Source: Wallemia ichthyophaga EXF-994
Taxonomy: Eukaryota > Fungi > Basidiomycota
Assembly: GCF_000400465.1 (NCBI RefSeq)
Contig: NW_008806282.1
Span: 90,001-122,000, forward strand
Direction of reading: 5' to 3'
Length of the DNA: 32,000 nt
Positions 21,089-31,171 of the stretch are shown piece by piece. The position numbers were made by a program, and so were the translations under genes. A model generated the notes under the pieces. That model made no database searches, was not told the origin of the DNA, and worked only from the letters and a program-made list of their open reading frames with translations. Every line of letters starts with the position of its first letter. Within the stretch, counting starts at the first letter, position 1.

Positions 21089-22664
21089 TCAAAATCCAAA
21101 TGCTTCGACTTGATGAGTCTTGAAATGTCTATAGGTGTCCCCTTTCTCGCAGATCAAATGGCGATCAATGAAGGGGTTGAGGAAAATGCCATGCTCGTCA
21201 TACTTGTGGATAATTTCCATGAACTTGGGCAGCCCGCTGTACTTTTCACCAACTTCTTGAGGTGTTTGTGTGGAATGCTTAGCCCAATGCGCTCTACCGT
21301 TATATTTACGGAGGATATCTTCGAAGGTTCTGAATATCCTTCTATAGCGTACACGACAATTGAATGGTTTGTATTTGATCAGGCCAATCCACATGAAGTG
21401 AGTTTCTACTTGATTGCCCACGTGTTTGTTAGCAGGGGAAAGTAAGATATCGTCAGCCTTCGAAATGCGCACTTCGAGTGGAAAATCAACGTCATTCTCA
21501 TCCACCAGCCATTCATTGAGCTCCAACATACACTCGTAAGCCTGAGACAGAGGCACAGACCATTCGGTAGTGTATTGCAAAAGACCGCAGTCCATGTTGA
21601 AAATGTTGCACGAGGTGTCTGTGCGCTGTTGGTGCTGTCCAAACACACACCGCCACGCCAGGTGGCTGAGAAGGGGAGCGATAGCGGGCACGTACCGCTT
21701 CACCAGCAGCAGTGGCTGGAGAAGAAAGCTAAAGAGTGTGCTAGAGACAGGCGCTTGCGGTTGGTATTTTTCAGTGTTTTGTGCGGCTTTATACGACTGC
21801 ATCAGACTAACTCCTCCCGTCTGGGGCAGCCAGAACGCCTTAACATAGGGCGCAGTGCGCCACCGGTCGAGCCAGGAAGAGGGACTGCTGGTGTACTCGT
21901 CGAACGACATTGCCGTTGTGACTTGATGCAGGTTGAATTTCTCCTCCACGCTCAGCACCACGCTGAGAATGATGCCTGTCGCGCCGAGGGAGCACAACGT
22001 AGCGTTGAAGAGGTGTGGGTGGAGTGTGCGTGAGCACTCTAGCACCTCACCACTAGCTACGAGGATAGAGAGGGAGTGGACGTACGATGACATGCAGTGG
22101 TGGTCGATCCCGCTGCCGTGCGTGGCTGTCGCAAGGCAGCCAGCTATAGTCTGATCGGAAATAGACCCGAGGATCGGCATGGCAAGGTTGTTAACGTCGA
22201 GTGCCTGATTGATATCCCTCAACAATGTGCCTGAGTGGGTGGTGATCGTGCGGTCTTCTTTGTCTATCTGTAGAGGAGTGCAGAGTGAGAAAGTATCATA
22301 TGAAAAGCACTTGACGCACACTTATCACACCTGCTATTCCCGACATTATTACTATCCAACCCTCGCTGCATGCTAGGTCAGAGGGCGAGTGCCACACGCC
22401 CATGGCTCGCACTCGCACCCTTGCCCTGCGGGCTGCTTCTACGATGAGCTGCGTGTCGGCGATCGTGTGCGGCGTGTATATCCGCTCAGGCGTCGCTTCG
22501 AATGTCCTTGCCCAGTTTTGTAGCTTGTGTGTGGGAGTACCTTGGAAAGCGCTGATTCGGTGCTCTAGTTGCTCATCTGAAATTTTCTTCAAGTCGCTCA
22601 ATACCATAATTTCCTGCATCGCCATCGCTATCGCCACCGATGATGCACTGAACGACGAAGACAT
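21089..22664 (-). CDS. ALO1: FAD-linked sugar 1,4-lactone oxidase (D-arabinono-1,4-lactone oxidase / GULO family), 2 exons
   Basis: QNWARTF, RAMGVWHSPSD, LGSISDQTIAGCLATATHG, LCSLGATGII, FPLEVR, GRAHWAK. Intron 22268-22319. Start Met uncertain. Confidence 0.9.
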
Positions 22665-22793
22665 CGGGTGTTTTCGTGATAGTAACTAAAACAAAAATTC
22701 ACTCTTTTTTTAAAACAAAAGACTAGCAAGGAGTACATACAAGTTATTGTACGAGTTACCGCACGACTTGTCGCAACTCATACCACCACATCC

Positions 22794-23396
22794 ATGGCAC
22801 ACCACGCCCAAGACTCGGAAATAGCGCGGCACAGGCGCAGAATAACAGCGTACCACGCTTACATACAGCCAGTCTTGAAGGCATTGAAGGATACACATGA
22901 GGTTAGTGTGCCCTACACGTTGCGTTCCAAGGTCTGCAACCAGGCGTGGAGAGAGAAGCTGGGGGAGACGGTAAACCAGTACCCGCGCTCGACAAAGACT
23001 ACGATAGAGCTACAGCAAATAGCTTGGGAAGATATACAAAACAATTTCGATAGTTTCATCCGTGATTTGAGACGCAGACTGGATCAGTATGCTCTGGTGA
23101 ACATGAGGACAAGTGTGGATCCGAAAGATGGGCTCAGTCTGGCTGATTGGGATTACGAAACTCATATGAACCAAATCGTGGACAGACTAGACAAAGAACA
23201 GCCAGATACACCGTCTCAAAGCAAAATTTCACTCGCAGAAGGACTCTGGAAGGTTAGGAAATATGTTCGTAGTGAGGAATTCATCGAACAAGAAGAGGAG
23301 AATCTCAAGGAGGCGACTGTAAGGTTGGAGTTGGATACTGTCAGGGGGATCAAAGGGATACAGCAGCAGGTAAAGAAGGCAAGAGTGGGTGTTTAG
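22794..23396 (+). CDS. Hypothetical protein, 200 aa, predicted helical
   Basis: Uninterrupted ORF occupying a gene-sized slot divergent from ALO1. No family recognised. Confidence 0.6.
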   Translation: MAHHAQDSEIARHRRRITAYHAYIQPVLKALKDTHEVSVPYTLRSKVCNQAWREKLGETVNQYPRSTKTTIELQQIAWEDIQNNFDSFIRDLRRRLDQYALVNMRTSVDPKDGLSLADWDYETHMNQIVDRLDKEQPDTPSQSKISLAEGLWKVRKYVRSEEFIEQEEENLKEATVRLELDTVRGIKGIQQQVKKARVGV

Positions 23397-23500
23397 TGGG
23401 TTGTTAGTGTATTCTATAGCAGTTTCTGTATTAATGTTTATAATATCCTATACCCAATACCCATTCGTTTTTCACCTGCGCTGATGGGCGATAGCAGATA

Positions 23501-24405
23501 ATGCGTAAGTAAACGCACTTAAAAGAAAGCAAGATAATTACAAGCACCATGCAGCAAAACAAAAGAATAAAGATACCACACGGAAGCTTTCGGCGTATAA
23601 TCTATTCATGAAACACGTCCTGCAATCACTCAAGCAGAGCCACGGGAGTGTGAGCTATGGGCACAGATTTAAAGCGTCTGCCCGTCTTTGGACGCAGAGG
23701 ATGGAGATGACAGCTGTGGATATATCCACCAAAACGAAGACACCTGTTGGTGCACTCTCGAAGCAACTCATTCAGGAGAGGACATGGGAGGGAGCTCAGC
23801 GTGATATGGGAGTCATTCTTATTCATCTTGCACAGTCAGTAGAGTATAGCGCCAGACTGGAGGCAGAGGCAGAGGCAGGACATTACATGCACAGCAACGT
23901 ACCGAGAGCTAACAGCGAGTATAATAGACATATGCAGAGTACACTGGCACAGCTCAAGGAAATTCAGTCAGACACGCCATATCAAACTAGATTTAAATTG
24001 GCGGCGAGTATGTGGCAGGAAAGGAAGAAGGAGAGGAGTGAGAGGAGAGGAGGGAAGAAGAGGGACTATATCCCAGTTTATAGCGATGTTGACGAGGAAG
24101 ACATTGTGTTGCAAGGACCATCTTCAAGTATACATCCGGGAAGGATACCAATGGGATATTACGATGGTGAGTTTGGTAATGACTTGAACTTGAAATCATC
24201 AATGGCGTCATCAATGCTATCAACAACGATACCACCAACAACAACGACGCCATCGATACCTTGGCAATACACGTGGGTAGCTATACCACCATTCCCAGAA
24301 GCAGAAGCAGAAGGAGAAGCAGCAGCAGAAGAGAATAGATATAACGGAAATGAAGACGATACAAATACGCTCAACGACTACAAAGACTATTTGGATGAAA
24401 TATGA
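23501..24405 (+). CDS. Protein with two YABBY/HMG-box-like domains and an acidic tail, about 284 aa, 2 exons
   Basis: ATG at 23501 plus intron 23505-23554 (GTAAGT...CAG, 50 nt) extends the 23608 ORF to MPKQKNKDTTRKLSAYNLFMKHVLQSLK...RFKASARLW. Second copy: RANSEYNRHMQSTLAQLKE...RFKLAASMW. Confidence 0.7.
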
Positions 24406-24435
24406 ATAAATATTATACCTTTTACAAAGACAGTG

Positions 24436-24790
24436 ATGCGGGTGACAATCAATCAATGGAGAGCATTTAGTCATTGGAAGTGGAATGGGTGTGATACAGA
24501 CGATCTCTGTGGGATATGCCAGAATTACCTTGATAACTCTTGTCCGAATTGCAGTCTACCTGGAGATGATTGTCCGTTGAGTGAGTTAAAGTGCAGCGAT
24601 TAGAAAACGCGTTGTTAACGCGTAAATTAGTCTGGGGGAAGTGTAACCACTCATTCCACATGCACTGTATACTCAAATGGCTCTCACTTGAATCGAGTAA
24701 AGGTCAATGCCCAATGGATAGGCAGCAGTGGGGTAAATAGTAATTACTCATCCAATCCAGCTAACAAAGCGCTTTATAGAAACCCAATAA
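24436..24790 (+). CDS. APC11: Anaphase-promoting complex RING-H2 subunit Apc11, 85 aa, 3 exons (missed by the ORF track)
   Basis: Exons 24436-24580, 24631-24732 and 24780-24790 give MRVTINQWRAFSHWKW...LCGICQNYLDNSCPNCSLPGDDCPLIWGKCNHSFHMHCILKWL...QCPMDRQQWETQ. Confidence 0.94.
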
Positions 24791-24824
24791 TATTTATTCC
24801 TTTATACCTTGTACTATTACCACC

Positions 24825-26306
24825 ATGAGCATCACTAGCGATTCCCGGAGTTTTATCTCCGCGGAATCTAAAGCGCAACCCTCTAATTTGGTTATAAATG
24901 TTGATTACTCACCCCACTTTATCCGCTCCTACCGCGAGTGCATTGCAGATCTCCACCTGCAGTCATACGAGATTGATTCACACGTCGATAGCCCCCGATT
25001 GATGCCGACTAGAAACACGATAAACACCGCACATACCCCACGCCACACAAATACCACTCAAGGCAGTATCTTGGACAAGCTGAACAACGTACAGCCTATC
25101 TCCACTCAAGACCTCATGCTGAGAATTAGACCACAGAGTGCATCTACAGACCATTTAATAAGTTTGGAAGATGCAGAAGACTCAGAAGACGCAGAAGACG
25201 CAAAGACAAAGACAGACCACGCAAAGGGCAGTGTCGATTTCAGACACGACATACTATATCAAGCCATTAATGCCAGTTTCGGTGACACAACACCTAACAA
25301 TTTTCTAAACACAGACCCATCCAAGTCTTTGAGCGGTGGTACTAGGCATAGTACTAAAGCGGGTGATTCGAATTATTCATACAAATCGGCAAAATCGGCA
25401 AAATCGGCTAGATCGACCAAGTCATTAAAACACACTCCCACACCTACAACACGCACATCATCGCTATTATCATCCCCTCCCAAATCAACACACAAACCAC
25501 AAATGGGCGTACAAGTTACTCACTTAAAAATACCGCAGCAGCGCATACACGGCACTCCCACTATCCACAAGTCTCTCTCTACTCCTCTCCTCAGCGACCA
25601 GGACAGCGAGGTGTTGGATTCGCCTACACCCCCACCTGTGCCGATGAAGGAGGCACCGCGTGCGAAGACACAATCTTACTCATGCTCAAGCTCTGCTAAA
25701 AAACCCGAACGCTCTATATTTAATGAAATACATGCTCCAATACCTAGTCATAGTAGAAGTCACAGTCCCACTCAAACTCCTACTCCCGCTCTCAAAACGA
25801 GTGCGATCGATCGACGCAACAGACCACCAGCTCTCGAGTTAAGGCAATCGACTCATCGACAAATTGAAAGCAAGCTGGGTTGTTTGCAGGAGCAGAAAAA
25901 GGCACAGGAAAAGTCTGAAAAACAGTCTGAGGTGCAGTCTCAAAAGCAAGACAAACACAACAGCCATAAGCTCCCACCAGACACAACGACTCTGCCCTCT
26001 GAACACCCACCATACCTACCTCCACCCCCCATACCCCCCTTACCACAATCCACCGCCATTTTATCAAATTCTTTCACTCGAAATGTCCCAAGTAGACTGA
26101 AAGATGCACCAAAACTGACGAGGATGCGCTCAGAAACTCTGCCTTCTCCCACCACCCCAATCCATTCTATCAAACATCGCCCTACTTCTTCACCTACCAC
26201 CACCGATCAATACTCTGTGACTAGATTGAGAGGTATGCTTGAGCAGCATGTAGCGCAGGAGAGGAGCATGTGGCATAGCATTACATCCAATACCCGTCAT
26301 TCTTAA
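24825..26306 (+). CDS. Hypothetical S/T/P-rich, largely disordered protein, 493 aa
   Basis: Long uninterrupted ORF with low-complexity composition, (KSA)3 and EDAED repeats, and a short helical C-terminal segment. No family recognised. Confidence 0.7.
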   Translation: MSITSDSRSFISAESKAQPSNLVINVDYSPHFIRSYRECIADLHLQSYEIDSHVDSPRLMPTRNTINTAHTPRHTNTTQGSILDKLNNVQPISTQDLMLRIRPQSASTDHLISLEDAEDSEDAEDAKTKTDHAKGSVDFRHDILYQAINASFGDTTPNNFLNTDPSKSLSGGTRHSTKAGDSNYSYKSAKSAKSARSTKSLKHTPTPTTRTSSLLSSPPKSTHKPQMGVQVTHLKIPQQRIHGTPTIHKSLSTPLLSDQDSEVLDSPTPPPVPMKEAPRAKTQSYSCSSSAKKPERSIFNEIHAPIPSHSRSHSPTQTPTPALKTSAIDRRNRPPALELRQSTHRQIESKLGCLQEQKKAQEKSEKQSEVQSQKQDKHNSHKLPPDTTTLPSEHPPYLPPPPIPPLPQSTAILSNSFTRNVPSRLKDAPKLTRMRSETLPSPTTPIHSIKHRPTSSPTTTDQYSVTRLRGMLEQHVAQERSMWHSITSNTRHS

Positions 26307-26360
26307 TTTCATTGCAACCATTGTAGTTATTTCTAGGATATCTTAATTACTTAATATACA

Positions 26361-27764
26361 TTATTCTAAAACAACATGCTTGATCGTGAATTTGTGAATA
26401 ACAGCTATAATGGGATCACTGAAAGACTTGGATGATTTAACAACAAGACTTTCTAATTTAGGAAGTGATTTGAGCAGCAGTTCGCCGTCGAGTATTGCAG
26501 GCTGGTAAGTGATGCTCCTCTCCATATCGTCGTATAGCGATGAAGTGTTATCGCGTGGTCTGTTGTCGACCGTGTTAGTCTGCTCGTAAGTGCATCTAGT
26601 TAGAGTGAGGTGGGTAACATTCCTCAAACAGCCTTCGTTACACTGCAGTGGAAACCCAAATGTGCAATTCTCGATTGAGATTTGGTGCAACTCCTGTGAT
26701 CGGAGCATACCCAAAAACCACGAAACGTTGCAAACACTATCGAGAAATACGACCCGCAGTTTGCGCACATTCAGCTGATTTGCGAATGCCCGGTTATCTC
26801 GAAACCACTTGAGGGTCGCTCTGTCCATAGCGAAGCTGCTGTTTTTCATCTTGATCGTATACAGCTCGGGACACTGGATGAGACAGCTAAATGTGACGGC
26901 TGACCTGTTGCGGGATTCTACAACTGCTGTGCGTGTCGGCTGCAAGTACGGCGCCCCTGGTATCGTTGTATGCTCCATCGCGACGTCTTTACCCTCCAGC
27001 TGCAGGTTGTGGGAGAGGGTGGACATGATGGTATCTGCGTCGCCTTTCAGCCTCCAATTGAGGAGGTGTAGATCGCTTGGGAAGGTAGTGAGGTGGTACA
27101 CTTCCGCCTCATTCAATCCGATAAGCTGCGAGTAATTGCGCATCCTCAGTTTCTTACATGTCAAACCAAATAGAGACTCAGTGAGGGTGAGTATGAAACC
27201 CTTTTTTTCGCTGTTGAATGGGCCTCCGTAGTAATTCACCTCAATCAGCTCAAATGGACGGTTTGGCGAGACGTCGAGCAGCTGAAAGAAGAATCCCTTC
27301 AAGAACATCCTATTGTACGCGCGTATACACAGCTTCACACTTCTTATATACCCGCACCGCTCAATGTGGCTTTGGAATCTGCCGCGTAGATTCGACATAT
27401 TCGCGTCGAAGCTCACTTTGCCTACGTTTTCATCTGTGGATATGAACGTGTTGACGTATACGTAATTTGTATTTATCGCGCGATACCATGCTCTGTTCAC
27501 CAGCTTGCCGTTGTGGGCTGCACTGGGGCCGTTATTCTCGTGGCAGAGATATCCGAAGACAAGTTCGATGAGCTCGTTGGGGAGTCTTTTTAGAGGATCC
27601 TTGTGCCATTTGTGCGCTTTTTTTGTGGATAGGCTGGCCATACCTTTCTGATATACACGAGTGAATAAGTGATTCACGCAAACAGCACAGGTACACACTT
27701 TTTCTACATCTTTATCAGACTGCCCTGATTTGCAGGGTTTACGTGGTTTGGACCGCGTGTCCAT
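26361..27764 (-). CDS. F-box protein with a probable LRR/RNI-like C-terminal region
   Basis: DPLKRLPNELIELVFGYL is an F-box motif, followed by LxxLxL-type repeats. Start taken at MDTRSK (27764). Possible stop-free 51-nt intron 27648-27698. Confidence 0.7.
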   Translation of the reverse strand: MDTRSKPRKPCKSGQSDKDVEKVCTCAVCVNHLFTRVYQKGMASLSTKKAHKWHKDPLKRLPNELIELVFGYLCHENNGPSAAHNGKLVNRAWYRAINTNYVYVNTFISTDENVGKVSFDANMSNLRGRFQSHIERCGYIRSVKLCIRAYNRMFLKGFFFQLLDVSPNRPFELIEVNYYGGPFNSEKKGFILTLTESLFGLTCKKLRMRNYSQLIGLNEAEVYHLTTFPSDLHLLNWRLKGDADTIMSTLSHNLQLEGKDVAMEHTTIPGAPYLQPTRTAVVESRNRSAVTFSCLIQCPELYTIKMKNSSFAMDRATLKWFRDNRAFANQLNVRKLRVVFLDSVCNVSWFLGMLRSQELHQISIENCTFGFPLQCNEGCLRNVTHLTLTRCTYEQTNTVDNRPRDNTSSLYDDMERSITYQPAILDGELLLKSLPKLESLVVKSSKSFSDPIIAVIHKFTIKHVVLE

Positions 27765-27844
27765 GTCTGATGATGGCCGAGTCGGTTGAAGATTGATAAC
27801 AAGATAAGATTCATAAACATTCATAAAAGTCAGAGGTACATAAG

Positions 27845-30631
27845 CTAATGCCATCCACCACCTGGATAGCCTGGGTAACCGCCTGGGTATCCTTGCGGTG
27901 GTCTTGGTGGTGGTTGATAAGGGTGCACTGAATGCTCCGGATGCCCTTGATAACCACCATAACCAGGATATACACCATACCTACCATGGGAAGGCATTTC
28001 CATTGGAGGCGGCATCGGTGGTGGCATTGCTGACGGCATAGGTGGTCCTTGCATAGGCATTGGCGGTGGATTATACATTCCAGGTTTCGGTGGCTGGCCA
28101 TATGGCACATGCCCACCCGGTCCACCACCAGGCATACCCATTCCCATACCAGGCATCCCCATTGGCGGTGGGCTTGAGTATGCACCCGGTCCCGGCATAT
28201 ATCCTGGGTCGGGCATAGGTGGGGGCTCGGCGTATGGCATGTAGGGCGTGTGGCGCCCAGGTGGGGTGGGTGGTTTCGTGACGTGTCGTCCATGATACGC
28301 AGCTGGTGGGTATGGAGAGTGTGAGTGTGAGTGTGAGTGCTGCAATGATGGTGTTGATGTTGATGGTCTCGAATGCGTCGGTGGTGGTGGCGCTGGCTGT
28401 TTGCTGTCATTATCCTTCTTGCCCCCACCGCTGTCATTTTTCATTGCTCCTATACCCAAATTAGCTATCGAACTAAGCAATGAGGAATTCTTGCCACCAC
28501 CGCCATCGCCCTGTCCACTGCCACCTTGATTCCCACCGCCACCACGACCCTCAGCATCTCCACCGCCGGCATTTGCGGGCGAGGCATTTGTGTTGATCAG
28601 CCCCCATAATCCTCCGCTCGTAAACTCATTAACTCCCTCCTGACTATTGCCGTATGGATCATTAACCGTTTGGACATGTGTATGAACCTTGTTGGATGAG
28701 TCCATGCAGCTCTGTTTGTTCAAAGCACGCTCAATTTGGTCTATCTTGGGCCCTTGTGCCTTGACCCACTTCTTCATGAACTCGCCCATCTTCGTCTGTA
28801 TCTTGCTATCCTCATTAGCGAAGTATGGGTGATGTATTACTTCCAGAATCTCGTCGATTATACTGTCAGGATTTTCCTGGTTGCCCCAAGCTTCAACAAT
28901 TCTCTTGGTCGTTTGGCTAACTGCAATTTGAGCCAAGTTCCCGCAAGGGTTGTTCAGAAGGTGATCGAAATGGTCCTTGGCGAGACCAGTGTGCGTTGGA
29001 TCTGAACAGTTTGGATCAGTGTATACCTCCAATTGGTTTTTTGTTGCTAAAAGCTCTTCTGAACCCTTACCAATCGAGCTCTTGGCCTGCTTGATAAGAG
29101 GATCAATGAATGGCTCGAGAGTGGAGTAAATAAAGACGGCGATCGAGTTGGATATCTTTTCTACTAACGCGCTCAAACCTGGAATTTTATCTATTGTCAC
29201 TTCGATTGTCTTTGACACTCTGTCTCGGAAACACAGTATCTGCCATAGAACAGCGTATTGTTCCTGGGGGCTCATTTGATCAGGGGATCTCGACGTCGAG
29301 CGGAGGTTGCTGACGTCCTCGAATTCTCTGTTGAGTGAGCGTTGTCCACCGCCACTGTTGCTATCTGTGGTACTCCTAGTGAGTGGAACCTTAGAGCTAA
29401 CTCCGTCTAATTGGAAGATGAGGTCCCTGAGTGTGTCGATGATTGAATTTCCCCCACTTCCTGGCTGACCGCGTGACTTTGTAGTAGAACGATTCACTTC
29501 ATTATGAAGATCTGAGACGGATGCTGAGGTAAGCTTGTCACCAGCTTCACCTAATACACTGGCTGGTGGGTGTCTGAGTTGGGCTGGCAAGCTATTAGAA
29601 GCCACCCACCCATGAAATCCATACCACCAAATGATCCTGTTACTATTGGGGGTACGTTTTCGCCGCTAGGAGCACGTATTCTTACATTTTCACCAACATG
29701 TGGAAACACATCGGTAAGCCCAAGTTTGTAAAGGTAGATTTCAGCAAAATTGGAGTGCGCAGAAAAGTCAGCTAATGTATGGCAGCTTGTACCGAGCCAA
29801 CGAAACGCTTCGAACTCATCTTTGCTGTTTTTAGAGTTCTTATACCTTCTTCCATACTCGATGCAGAGACGTAAGCGTTCACGAACGAGGGCAGTGGAAG
29901 TATCACAAACGCTCTCATTAGCGATGTAGTTCTTCATGCCAGTGCGCGGATCAATTTCCAATTCAATTTGTTGAACAGGTCCTCTGAGACGTTCATCGTA
30001 CTGTTTCGCATCATCGGGGTAGCCTGTGTGTGGGTTAGATGGACGCAAGTAACATGACCACTACCAGCCTTTTGGATTATCAATGTGTTCTGTGGGGAGA
30101 TAAACGCCTAAGCGCTCATCGGTCACTTCAAACTCTTCCGTCGCGTAACCGAAAGCCAAGAAGGACATGACCATGACGATGTTGAGGATTGTCTGCTTAT
30201 TTATCTTGGACAAAGCAGCTGTGTCATTCGCTTGTGAATAATCGCGGAGAAAATCGTAGAAGTAGATGCGCTTGACATCAAGGCTCGTGAATTTGGTACG
30301 CGTCACAGCGGATAGAATACCGCTACCAGACTTCTTATAAAGATCTGCGAGTGCATCCATAATATCACCATGCCGGAATTTCTTTCTGAATTACCTGAGC
30401 AACAGTTTGACTTATCGGAGTAGGTACTTACCCCTGCTTAACCTGAGCATCGGTTTGACGTATCGGGGTAGATACTTACCTCTATACTAGCGTATGAAGG
30501 ACTGATAGCTGTGAGATTTCCGAGATTTCCGAGTCTGATGACTAGTCCACGTACATATTACCAGCACCAAATGCACTGGCTGTAGTTAACAACACGGCCA
30601 CGATCAAGAGCAGAATAACGCCATTTCTCAT
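27845..30631 (-). CDS. het-C: Het-C domain protein with signal peptide and long P/G/Y/M-rich tail, about 849 aa, 6 exons including a 2-nt exon
   Basis: AFGAGNIPSY..IEGKKFRHGDI, RIYFYDFLRDYSQA.D, EHIDNPKGY, GMKNYIANE, HTLADFSAHSNFAE, DPTHTGLAKDHF. Introns 30502-30554, 30434-30479, 30386-30431, 30024-30068 (GC-AG) and 29563-29609 give 2550 nt in frame. Confidence 0.9.
30386..30479 (-). repeat. Direct repeat of two 46-nt introns (38/46 identical) separated by GG
   Basis: GTAAGTATCTACCCCGATACGTCAAACCGATGCTCAGGTTAAGCAG | GG | GTAAGTACCTACTCCGATAAGTCAAACTGTTGCTCAGGTAATTCAG on the minus strand. Confidence 0.93.
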
Positions 30632-30726
30632 TTTGACTGTCAGTGACAGAGTGAGTGCAATAACCTCAGTGTCATCGACGTACAAAATGGAAAAAATAAA
30701 AATCAAGATATACAATTCGTTATAAA

Positions 30727-31171
30727 TCAGCATTGAAACAAATGCAGTCGAGCATTGGCCGTAGCTTCCTTGGATTTCTTTGATGGACCAACGTCATTAT
30801 CTGTCCAAGGGCGCTTCCTTAGCTCTTTATCTCCGCAACTGTTGCAGCGAGTGTAATTTCCATTACCATACAAAGTGCGCTCAGCTATGTTGTTATTCTT
30901 ACAATCAAGATTTGCTTTGTTATGATGTGTTGATTGGTGTGTCTTGGTTTTATGTTGATATTGAAGTGAAATTAATTTGAATATGATTGCGAGAAAGACG
31001 CCGTTCAATACCCACTTTTAAGTACTGGATATGATTTGGTACACTTGATAAACCCAAAATAATCACCCCCAACGAGGCGGACGTTACACGATGGACTGAG
31101 ACATAGTCGAAAACATACGCATATGCACAAACACAAACAGCCACTGGCACAATGACTGGGAGTGCTGACAA
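30727..31171 (-). other. Unassigned short overlapping ORFs (one hydrophobic), possibly exons of a spliced gene or a relic
   Basis: ORF 30950-31171 has hydrophobic stretches (LPVIVPVAVCVCAYAYVF; LGVIILGLS) and there are nearby GTAAGG/GTGGGT donor-like sites. I could not build a consistent gene model. Confidence 0.2.

Noticed and set aside
30512-30533. Short GAGATTTCC tandem repeat in het-C intron 1
   Set aside because: About 2.5 copies of a 9-mer, consistent with ordinary slippage; unrelated to the twin-intron sequence.
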